Origin: Actinobacteria bacterium UBA3012
Lineage (GTDB): Bacteria; Actinomycetota; Actinomycetes; Nanopelagicales; Nanopelagicaceae
Length of the DNA stretch: 32,512 bases
Assembly: GCA_002346305.1 (NCBI GenBank)
Contig: DDZI01000072.1
Coordinates: forward strand, 4,217 to 36,728
Direction: 5' to 3'
This document shows positions 25,678-32,512 of this stretch, in pieces; the first letter of the stretch is position 1; every line of letters starts with the position of its first letter. Made by a program: the position numbers and the translations under genes. Below the pieces are notes generated by a model. The model searched no databases, had not been told where the DNA came from, and saw only the letters and a list, made by a program, of their open reading frames with translations.

Positions 25678-26856
25678 ATGTCGCAACGAATTGCAAGGCC
25701 AGAACTTCCGCTGGATGGAATTTTAGTTCTTGATTTCAGCCAATTTTTAGCTGGCCCAGTTTCAGCTATGCGCCTTGCAGATTTAGGTGCCCGGGTAATA
25801 AAAATCGAACGCCCAGGTACCGGCGATATTGGCAGAACGTTGGCTTTCGCTGGAATTGCAAGCGATGGTGACACTCTCTCTTTTCACATAATGAATCGCA
25901 ATAAGGAAAGTTTTGCTGCCGATTTGAAAAATGAAAATGATAAAAAAGATGTACTTGAGTTGATCAAAAAAGCAGATGTAATAATTCAGAATTTTCGCCC
26001 AGGGGTGATGGAGCGGCTAGGTTTTGGATACGAGGCTGTAAAAGCGATAAATCCAAAGATAATTTACGCCAGCGCAACAGGGTATGGCGAAAAGGGTCCT
26101 TGGAAAGATCGCCCCGGTCAAGATCTACTAGCTCAATCTATTACTGGATTTCCTTGGTTGAACGGCAGCAAGAATGAACCCCCAATTCCAGTAGGAATTG
26201 CCATAGCGGACATTCTTACCTCGATTCACATTGCCCACGGAGTGACCGCATTGTTGTTACGTCGCGAGCGCACTGGAATCGGTGGTTTTGTGGATACCAG
26301 TTTGGCTGAATCAATGCTTGACTTACAATTTGAGTTACTGAGTGCGCACGCTTTTGATGATCAATTGCGAGTTAATCGTGGACCTCGAAATGCTGCACAT
26401 GCATTTTTGCCAGCACCATATGGAATATATCCAACCGCAGATGGATACCTAGCCATTGCAATGACACCGATAAATTCTTTAGGTGAACTAATTGGTCTCG
26501 AATCTATTGCATCATTTACAAATCCTGAGGATTGGTGGAGTCATCAAGAAGAAATCACTCAGGCACTTTCCAAATATCTAGCAACCCAGAAAACTGAGCA
26601 CTGGCTAAATATTCTCGATGCAGCGGATGTGTGGTGTGCACCAGTGCTTACCCTTCCTGAGTTAGTTGAACATGATGGCTTTGCACAACTTGAAATGATG
26701 CAGGAAACAGTTCGTGGCGAGGATGACGAGATTAAAATCAAAACAACTAGATCTCCAATGCGCCTAGACGGAAAAACATTGAAAAATCGCAAAGGCGCAC
26801 CAAGAGTTGGCGAAGATACTGAAAAGATTCGCATTGAATTCCTAGGAGGAATGTAA
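25678..26856 (+). CDS. Family III CoA-transferase (CaiB/BaiF family)
   Basis: [39 protein letters not shown] is the family N-terminal signature. Also [16 protein letters not shown] and [19 protein letters not shown]. Confidence 0.9.
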   Translation: MSQRIARPELPLDGILVLDFSQFLAGPVSAMRLADLGARVIKIERPGTGDIGRTLAFAGIASDGDTLSFHIMNRNKESFAADLKNENDKKDVLELIKKADVIIQNFRPGVMERLGFGYEAVKAINPKIIYASATGYGEKGPWKDRPGQDLLAQSITGFPWLNGSKNEPPIPVGIAIADILTSIHIAHGVTALLLRRERTGIGGFVDTSLAESMLDLQFELLSAHAFDDQLRVNRGPRNAAHAFLPAPYGIYPTADGYLAIAMTPINSLGELIGLESIASFTNPEDWWSHQEEITQALSKYLATQKTEHWLNILDAADVWCAPVLTLPELVEHDGFAQLEMMQETVRGEDDEIKIKTTRSPMRLDGKTLKNRKGAPRVGEDTEKIRIEFLGGM

Positions 26857-27380
26857 TGAAAAATCCAAATCATGATGTCGCAAAACGTTTGCAGGTTCCA
26901 GTATGGAATCAAGATAATAAATATTATGAAGATTACCAAGTAGGAGAAGTGGATCGCTCAATCAGGAGAACAATTTCCGAGGGCGAGATGATGCTCTTCA
27001 ACTGCTTGCTACTAGATATGCATCCATATGTGGGGGATGAGATATTTGCTACAAAAGAGGGAATGTTTGGCAAAAGAATTGTTCCGGGTGCTCTCGTTTT
27101 CTCTTTCGGTATGGGATTAATGGCACATAACAACACCCAGACTTTTAGCTACGGATATGATCGACTTAGATTTATCAAACCAGTCTTTGTCAATGACACG
27201 ATTTACACAATGCGAACATTGCTCGAAAAAACTCCCAAGTATGAGGAGTTAGGTTTATTTAGAGTTAGTTATGAAGTATTTCGCGCTGATGATGAAGAGT
27301 TAGTTCTCTACTGTGAACACCTTCAGACAGTGAAGTATCGTGATCCGGTTAAAGCACGTGCCAATATTGGAAAAGAGTAA
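26856..27380 (+). CDS. MaoC-like hot-dog protein with a degenerate hydratase motif
   Basis: TAATG overlap with the CoA-transferase. The motif region reads [15 protein letters not shown]: Asp is kept, the +5 position is Val not His, and a His sits at +2. It is followed by GKRIVPG instead of ..AHG. Confidence 0.8.
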   Translation: MKNPNHDVAKRLQVPVWNQDNKYYEDYQVGEVDRSIRRTISEGEMMLFNCLLLDMHPYVGDEIFATKEGMFGKRIVPGALVFSFGMGLMAHNNTQTFSYGYDRLRFIKPVFVNDTIYTMRTLLEKTPKYEELGLFRVSYEVFRADDEELVLYCEHLQTVKYRDPVKARANIGKE

Positions 27381-27382
27381 CA

Positions 27383-28459
27383 ATGATTGATTTATTCAAA
27401 GAGGTTTCAGAGTTTGCAAAACTTGAAATACCAGAATCAATTAAGTTGCCGATTGCGATTGTTGGCGCTGGAGGAATTGTTGATGGCGCACACCTTCCTG
27501 CTTATAAAAAAGCAGGATTAGAAATCGTAGGTATTACAGATGTTGATCAAGACAGAGCTAAAGATGTAGCGAGCCGACACGACATATCAGTTGTTTATCC
27601 AGATTTAGCTACTATGTTGCGAGACAGCAAAGCAAAAGTGATTGATATTGCTGTTCCGCCAGCTGTTCAGCGAGATGTATTTATCGAAGTAGCGAAAAGT
27701 GGTCGGCACATTCTGGCTCAAAAACCCTTAGCAACAACTGTTGCCGATGGCGAATTGATAATTAAAGCGGCAAAAGAATCAGGGATTATTGCAGGAGTAA
27801 ATCAACAGTTGCGTTTTGAAGAAGGTATTGCTGCCGCATATAAAATGGTAGATCTAGGTTGGATTGGAAAAGTAACGTCGATATCTATCACGGTAAATCT
27901 TGCAACACCTTGGGAGATGTTTCCTTGGGCAAAAAATATGGAAAAGCTAGAAATCATGGTTCATTCAATTCATTATCACGATGTAATTCGCTGGTTTCTA
28001 GGCGATCCAATTTCGGTTTATTCATTAGCAGGGCGAACCAAGGGTCAATTCCCAATCGGAGAAACTAGAACTGTCAGTACCTATAAATATCCTGACGAGG
28101 TGAGTGCAATAGTTCATGCAAATCACGTCAACCGTGGTGGAGATAACTATGCAGAATTTAGAATTGATGGAGACAGTGGTTCAATCAGAGGAACCCTTGG
28201 TTTGTTGTATGACTACCCAACGGGTCGAGTCGATACCCTAGAAGTTAACTCATCAAAATTACCAACCGATGGTTGGACACCATATCCGGTTACTACTCGT
28301 TGGTTCCCGGATGCATTCATAGGGACCATGGGCTCTCTTCTTGGAGCGATTGCAGGCAAGCATCCTCTTCGTTCAAGCGTTGAGGAAAACCTTGGAACTC
28401 TAAAACTAGTTGCGGCTTTATATGAATCGATCGCAAATAATCGGGTAGTTGAACTCTAA
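27383..28459 (+). CDS. Gfo/Idh/MocA-family NAD(P)-dependent oxidoreductase (candidate sugar 1-dehydrogenase)
   Basis: Rossmann N-terminus IAIVGAGGIVDGAHLPAYKK and an EKP-like motif ILAQKPLA. Starts 2 nt after the upstream stop. Confidence 0.9.
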   Translation: MIDLFKEVSEFAKLEIPESIKLPIAIVGAGGIVDGAHLPAYKKAGLEIVGITDVDQDRAKDVASRHDISVVYPDLATMLRDSKAKVIDIAVPPAVQRDVFIEVAKSGRHILAQKPLATTVADGELIIKAAKESGIIAGVNQQLRFEEGIAAAYKMVDLGWIGKVTSISITVNLATPWEMFPWAKNMEKLEIMVHSIHYHDVIRWFLGDPISVYSLAGRTKGQFPIGETRTVSTYKYPDEVSAIVHANHVNRGGDNYAEFRIDGDSGSIRGTLGLLYDYPTGRVDTLEVNSSKLPTDGWTPYPVTTRWFPDAFIGTMGSLLGAIAGKHPLRSSVEENLGTLKLVAALYESIANNRVVEL

Positions 28460-28462
28460 TTT

Positions 28463-29479
28463 ATGACAAAACTAGTAGATGTCGCTAACGCCGCTGAGGT
28501 TTCTATCTCTATCGTTTCTAGAATATTGAATGAAGACCCATCGTTACGCGTAGCAGCCAAAACTCGCGAGCGAGTTTTATTCGCAGCGAGGGAACTCAGG
28601 TACCAGCCAAATCACGCAGCGCGGGCATTACGCTTATCAAAAAATAGCGCGATTGCACTACTCACGCCAGATTATGCAAACTCTATTTTTAGTGAAATTG
28701 CACAAGGAGTTGAAGAGCAAGCGAGACTTCTTGACCTATCAGTCTTAATAAATCGGGCAAGTGAAATTGAGGATGCCGATACTTGGCTCAGAAGAATAGT
28801 TGCCGAAAGAAGAGCTGATGGAATTTTACTTCAAGCTCCAGATGGAATCACTAAGGAAGGTTTATCGAAATTAACATCTGGGACACTTCCCATTGTTCTC
28901 ATAAATTCTCGAGATGATTCAGATACGTCTCAGATTATTTTTGATGATGCAGGTGCCGTTGAATTAGCATTAGAACACCTCTTTTCTTTGGGACATAAAA
29001 AGATTGGGTTTCTTGGAGGTGAATTAAGCAGTCCAACTGGTGCGCGTCGATTAGCTGGTTTTGTATCCGGGATGCAGCGAAAGAAATTAGAAGTAAATTC
29101 AGAATGGGTCACAAGAATTGGGTATACGGGAGTTGATGGCAGAAAGGCCGTTTCGCAAATTCTTGACCAACCAAACCGACCAACTGCCTTGATTGTTGCA
29201 AACGCTAACGCAGCCCTTGGAGCATTGGCTCAGATACATACCCTGGGATTGCGGGTACCCGAAGAAATTTCACTTGTCTCAATCCATGATATTTGGTTTG
29301 CCGATGCCACTTGGCCCCCGATAACTGCAGTGAAGATGCCAAATTACGAGATGGGTAAAGTGGCAATAGGGATGTTGCTCAAACAGATGGAAACCGGTGT
29401 TATTGAAAAAAACATTTTGACAGAGCCTCCAAATCAATTGGTTGTGCGTTCATCTACCGCCAAACCACCGATAGGCTAA
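28463..29479 (+). CDS. LacI-family transcriptional regulator
   Basis: HTH LVDVANAAEVSISIVSRILN, hinge YQPNHAARALR, and a periplasmic-binding-fold effector domain. Confidence 0.92.
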   Translation: MTKLVDVANAAEVSISIVSRILNEDPSLRVAAKTRERVLFAARELRYQPNHAARALRLSKNSAIALLTPDYANSIFSEIAQGVEEQARLLDLSVLINRASEIEDADTWLRRIVAERRADGILLQAPDGITKEGLSKLTSGTLPIVLINSRDDSDTSQIIFDDAGAVELALEHLFSLGHKKIGFLGGELSSPTGARRLAGFVSGMQRKKLEVNSEWVTRIGYTGVDGRKAVSQILDQPNRPTALIVANANAALGALAQIHTLGLRVPEEISLVSIHDIWFADATWPPITAVKMPNYEMGKVAIGMLLKQMETGVIEKNILTEPPNQLVVRSSTAKPPIG

Positions 29480-29501
29480 TGCCAGAATTTAAGGAGAATT
29501 T

Positions 29502-30362
29502 ATGAAACTTGCTGTCATCTCAACTGACACTAATCCATTTGCATTAGTAGTAAGTAAGAATGGTGTACTCAAAACTATTCCTGGTATCCCAACATTGACG
29601 CAAGCATTACAAATGCGAATGAGTGATTTAAAAGTCGCTATTGAAAAAGATGCCGGAAACGTGGTCACAGGCGAACTAGTTCCACCCGTTGCGCCTGAAA
29701 CAGAAGTATGGGGTGCTGGAGTTACTTACCTGCGTTCGCGTGATGCCCGCAAAGAGGAAAGTGACACACCTGATGTTTACCAAAGAGTTTATGAAGCCGA
29801 TCGGCCAGAGTTATTTTTTAAGGCAACTTGTCGCCGCACAGTCGGCAATGGGGATCCAATTGGTATTCGATATGACTCAGAGGCATCAGTTCCTGAGCCT
29901 GAAGTCGCAATTGTCGTAAACAAATACCGCGAAATTATTGGTTACTCAATTTGTAATGACATGACTGCCCGCACAATAGAAGGAGAAAATCCACTTTATC
30001 TGCCGCAAGCAAAATCTTATTTAGGTTCCACTTCACTTGGTCCGGATATCACTTTGTCTTGGTTGGCACCAAGTGCAGCCGAGATGAGCATTCACGCAGA
30101 AATTAAAAGAGGAAGTGTGATTGTTTGGCAAGCAGACACCGCCCTCTCAGGTTTGAATCGAACTCTCCCTGATCTAGTTGAGTATTTATTCCGTTGCCAA
30201 ACTTTTCCTGATGGAGTCATTCTTTCGACTGGAACCGGAATTATTCCGCCTCTTGAGTTCATCACAAAAGAGGGAGATGTAATCTCCATTACCGTAAATG
30301 GTCTTGGAGTATTAAGTAACCCTGTCGTAACAATCTCTGCAGATGTAAATGAGGCGATCTAA
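29502..30362 (+). CDS. FAH-fold 2-keto-3-deoxy-pentonate dehydratase-like protein (KdaD type)
   Basis: EVWGAGVTY, RPELFFKAT, VPEPEVAIVV, GYSICNDMTARTIEGENPLYLPQAKSY and PDGVILSTGTGIIPP closely track my recollection of Sulfolobus 2-keto-3-deoxy-D-arabinonate dehydratase. AAGGAG RBS. Confidence 0.75.
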   Translation: MKLAVISTDTNPFALVVSKNGVLKTIPGIPTLTQALQMRMSDLKVAIEKDAGNVVTGELVPPVAPETEVWGAGVTYLRSRDARKEESDTPDVYQRVYEADRPELFFKATCRRTVGNGDPIGIRYDSEASVPEPEVAIVVNKYREIIGYSICNDMTARTIEGENPLYLPQAKSYLGSTSLGPDITLSWLAPSAAEMSIHAEIKRGSVIVWQADTALSGLNRTLPDLVEYLFRCQTFPDGVILSTGTGIIPPLEFITKEGDVISITVNGLGVLSNPVVTISADVNEAI

Positions 30363-30364
30363 CT

Positions 30365-31267
30365 ATGAGTAAACATGTGGTTTGGACCCAATGGGATGAC
30401 CTTGAAGTACCTGAAGGAATCACTCGACTATCGCCAGGAAATCGCCCACTTGATACCTCGGATTTGTCAGATATAACTTTCTACGTGCCTTCATACATGG
30501 GTGGCAGAACTGCTCTTGAATTCAGCAAAAAAATGAGTTCCTTGCAAACACTGCAGATGCCAAACGCCGGATATGACGATGCCATGGAGTTTGTTCGTCC
30601 TGGAATCACATTATGTAATGGGCGCGGAATTCATGACGCTTCGACTGCTGAACTAGCAGTGGGATTAACAATCGCATCACTTCGAGGATTTCCTTTTTTT
30701 GCACTATCTCAAGCAAAGAGCGAATGGAATCATCAGAAATTTCGCTCGATGAATGATCGCAAAATGGGTTTAATTGGCTATGGCTCCATAGGTAAAAATA
30801 TTGAACGTAACCTTTCTGGCTTCGATGTTGAGGTTATTCCATTCAATCGTTCTGGTTCTGATGGAGCAAAAAAGATAAGCCAGTTAGATGAAAATCTGGC
30901 AGATTTAGATGTTGTTATTTTGATTTTGCCGCTAAATGATGAAAGTCGAAAGATGTTTGATGCAGCGCGGCTTGCCAAAATGAAGGATGGCGCCCTATTA
31001 GTAAATGTGGCTCGCGGCGCAATCGTTGACACAGATGCTTTAATTGCTGAATTGAAGAGCGGTCGAATTACGGCAGCCCTTGATGTTACCGATCCAGAAC
31101 CCTTGCCAAGTGATCATCCGCTCTGGCAAACCCCGGGTGTATTTATTGCTCCACACGTGGGTGGAAATACATCAATTTTTGAATCAAGGGCACGCAAGTT
31201 GATTCAACAACAGTTGCAAAAACTTGCCAGTGGCTTACCACTGGCAAATGTAATTGTCTCTAAATAA
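30365..31267 (+). CDS. D-isomer-specific 2-hydroxyacid dehydrogenase family protein
   Basis: Contains GLIGYGSIGKNI (GxGxxG), LVNVARGAIVD, LDVTDPEPLP and APHVGG (catalytic His). Confidence 0.88.
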   Translation: MSKHVVWTQWDDLEVPEGITRLSPGNRPLDTSDLSDITFYVPSYMGGRTALEFSKKMSSLQTLQMPNAGYDDAMEFVRPGITLCNGRGIHDASTAELAVGLTIASLRGFPFFALSQAKSEWNHQKFRSMNDRKMGLIGYGSIGKNIERNLSGFDVEVIPFNRSGSDGAKKISQLDENLADLDVVILILPLNDESRKMFDAARLAKMKDGALLVNVARGAIVDTDALIAELKSGRITAALDVTDPEPLPSDHPLWQTPGVFIAPHVGGNTSIFESRARKLIQQQLQKLASGLPLANVIVSK

Positions 31268-31286
31268 CTGTTTTAACTTTCTTTAA

Positions 31287-32138
31287 CTAGCGCTTAAATG
31301 CGACAGTTTTTGAGGTGATACTTCCGATTCCTTCAATCCCAGTTTCTACTACTGAGCCAGCTTTTAGGTATTTCGGAGGATTGAAGCCCATTCCAACACC
31401 TTCAGGAGTTCCACTGTTGATGATATCTCCAGCTTTGAGCTCCATGAATTGGCTCAAGTACCAAACGATGTGATCAATTCCAAATACTAAATCGCTAGTG
31501 CGAGAGTCTTGGCGCTTCTCACCATCAACAGAGCACCATAAGCGAACATCATGGGGATTGTAAGAATCTGAAGTTACAGCCACGGGTCCGATTGGATTAA
31601 AAGTAGGGAATGATTTTCCTTTTACCCATTGACCACTACGTTCAATCTGCCAGTGGCGTTCGCTAACATCTTGGCTGATTGAGTAAGCGGCGATGTAATT
31701 TTTGGAATCCTCAGGGGATTCTAAGTAAAGCGCAGTTTTGCCAATGATAATTGCGAGTTCAACCTCATAATCAGTTTTCTCGCTATTTGGTGGAATTACT
31801 AGGTCATCAAATCCACCGACACAAGTATCGGCAGCTTTCATAAAAACTACAGGCTCTGGAGCAACTGCCATCCCAGATTCTTTGGCATGTTTGGCGTAGT
31901 TCAGACCGATGCAAATAATTTTTGTTGGTCTGGCGACTGGTGAGCCGATTCGGTAATCAGCGACCTTCACTTTAGGAAGTGCGCTCAAATCCGCTGCTTG
32001 GACTTTCGCGATCGCACCATTTTCTAGTTCGCTGCGATTCCAATCCTTGATTAGGTGATCTACAAAGACCGCTTCGGTTTCGGAGACCATAACTGCTGGT
32101 TTTTCGGCTTCAAAAGCACCAAGGCGAGCAAATTTCAT
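31287..32138 (-). CDS. Fumarylacetoacetate hydrolase (FAH) family protein; candidate 2,4-diketo-3-deoxy-L-fuconate/rhamnonate hydrolase
   Basis: Contains KIICIGLNYAKHAKESG, DYEVELAIIIGK and GDIINSGTPEGVG. ATG 32138 (MKFARLG) is the preferred start. The track start at 32168 lacks an RBS. Confidence 0.88.
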   Translation of the reverse strand: MKFARLGAFEAEKPAVMVSETEAVFVDHLIKDWNRSELENGAIAKVQAADLSALPKVKVADYRIGSPVARPTKIICIGLNYAKHAKESGMAVAPEPVVFMKAADTCVGGFDDLVIPPNSEKTDYEVELAIIIGKTALYLESPEDSKNYIAAYSISQDVSERHWQIERSGQWVKGKSFPTFNPIGPVAVTSDSYNPHDVRLWCSVDGEKRQDSRTSDLVFGIDHIVWYLSQFMELKAGDIINSGTPEGVGMGFNPPKYLKAGSVVETGIEGIGSITSKTVAFKR

Positions 32139-32267
32139 GGGAATTTCCAACTTCCTGAGACGTGACATATCGGAGATATGTTCAGATATCCGGCTATCGT
32201 ATAGGGTTCCAATCGGATTGTTAAGTTATTCTTCGTACCAATCACTTTGGGTCAATTTGGGGGAACC
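32139..32267. promoter_or_regulatory. Divergent promoter region between the FAH hydrolase and the IlvD/Edd dehydratase
   Basis: Non-coding gap between divergent starts. Contains a direct repeat AGATAT-N5-AGATAT (32174-32190) and an 11-bp palindrome CAATC-g-GATTG (32210-32220). Confidence 0.35.
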
Positions 32268-32512
32268 ATGAGTTCAAAACACACACCAACAGGTCGCCGT
32301 AGCGGTGAATGGTTTGCATCGACCGGAAAAAACGGCTTTATCCATCGTTCATGGATGCGAAACCAAGGATTTGCCCCTGATTTATTTGATGGCCGCCCAG
32401 TAATTGGTATCGGTACCACTTGGTCGGAATTCACTCCATGTAACGCACATTTGCGCCGCGTTGCCGAATCAGTAAAACGTGGAGTTTGGGAAGCTGGTGG
32501 ATTCCCGCTTGA
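32268..32512 (+). CDS. IlvD/Edd-family aldonate dehydratase (L-arabinonate/D-xylonate-type), N-terminal 81 codons; runs off the window end
   Basis: Absent from the track because it is open-ended. ATG 32268 gives MSSKHTPTGRRSGEWFASTGKNGFIHRSWMRNQGFAPDLFDGRPVIGIGTTWSEFTPCNAHLRRVAESVKRGVWEAGGFPL. This is the N-terminal pattern of sugar-acid members of the dihydroxy-acid dehydratase family. Confidence 0.85.
   Translation, partial: MSSKHTPTGRRSGEWFASTGKNGFIHRSWMRNQGFAPDLFDGRPVIGIGTTWSEFTPCNAHLRRVAESVKRGVWEAGGFPL

Noticed and set aside
26883-26890. AAACGTTT palindrome inside the second MaoC gene, considered as a stand-alone LacI operator
   Set aside because: An 8-bp palindrome is expected roughly once by chance in a window of this size, and this one is intragenic. 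It is mentioned only as a companion to the 22848 site.
26559-26939. 126-aa minus-strand ORF spanning the CoA-transferase/MaoC junction
   Set aside because: It is antisense to two coupled, well-supported genes, and its Ile/Phe/Ser-rich composition is typical of AT-rich shadow frames.
32139-32168. Longer start (ATG 32168, MSRLRKLEIP) for the FAH hydrolase
   Set aside because: It has no Shine-Dalgarno sequence. MKFARLG at 32138 matches how COG0179 FAH proteins usually begin and has GGAA/AGGAAG upstream. It is kept as an alternative only.
32252-32434. 60-aa minus-strand ORF
   Set aside because: It is antisense to the clearly recognisable N-terminus of the IlvD/Edd-family dehydratase.
1-32512. 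Looked for CRISPR-like spaced repeats, tRNA/rRNA, IS terminal repeats, transposase, integrase or phage genes, and toxin-antitoxin or defence-system genes
   Set aside because: None was seen. Every sizeable ORF is a metabolic enzyme, a regulator or an orphan in metabolic context, and the non-coding gaps are too short for RNA genes.

Overview
This is a gene-dense, AT-leaning bacterial window with about 33 CDS, many joined by ATGA/TAATG stop-start overlaps. I found no rRNA, tRNA, CRISPR array, transposase, integrase or phage genes. Nearly every gene encodes a cytoplasmic enzyme of oxidative sugar or sugar-acid catabolism.

Main modules:
- **Plus-strand operon, 559-8824:** SMP-30 lactonase, KdgK-like kinase, KDPG-type aldolase, two tandem SDR paralogues, an orphan barrel-like protein, a DUF5107/TPR protein and an LldD2-type L-lactate dehydrogenase.
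- **Minus-strand operon, 15114-8837:** two enolase-superfamily paralogues flanking an RraA/HMG-aldolase-like protein, then a clear L-fuconate dehydratase (FucD), an SDR and a GntR/FadR regulator.
- **Long plus-strand run, 15293-31267:** amidohydrolase_2 lactonases, an orphan 680-aa protein coupled to a double RhaM-like protein, pyruvate phosphate dikinase, an L-fucose-dehydrogenase-like AKR, a leaderless solute-binding-fold protein, two MaoC hot-dog proteins, a family III CoA-transferase, RhaM, a Gfo/Idh/MocA dehydrogenase, LacI, a KdaD-like FAH dehydratase and a 2-hydroxyacid dehydrogenase.
- **Window end:** a divergent FAH hydrolase and an IlvD/Edd aldonate dehydratase.

All enzyme families of the non-phosphorylative L-fucose route to pyruvate plus L-lactate are present. 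So are the follow-on enzymes LldD and PpdK.

Most interesting unexplained content:
- A CoA-transferase / two-MaoC / cytoplasmic SBP-like set interleaved with lactonase, mutarotase and dehydrogenase genes.
- The translationally coupled 680-aa orphan plus tandem-RhaM pair.
- A DUF5107 gene whose conserved N-terminus has no canonical start codon.
- An RraA-like putative aldolase between two enolase paralogues.
- A complete lack of transporter genes.

The first 22 nt of the window are a perfect inverted copy of nt 132-153 and look like a fold-back assembly or amplification artefact. The LldD2-like protein suggests an actinobacterial, low-GC, streamlined genome, but taxonomy cannot be settled from the sequence alone. 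All functional calls rest on motif and family recognition by eye; no database search was run.
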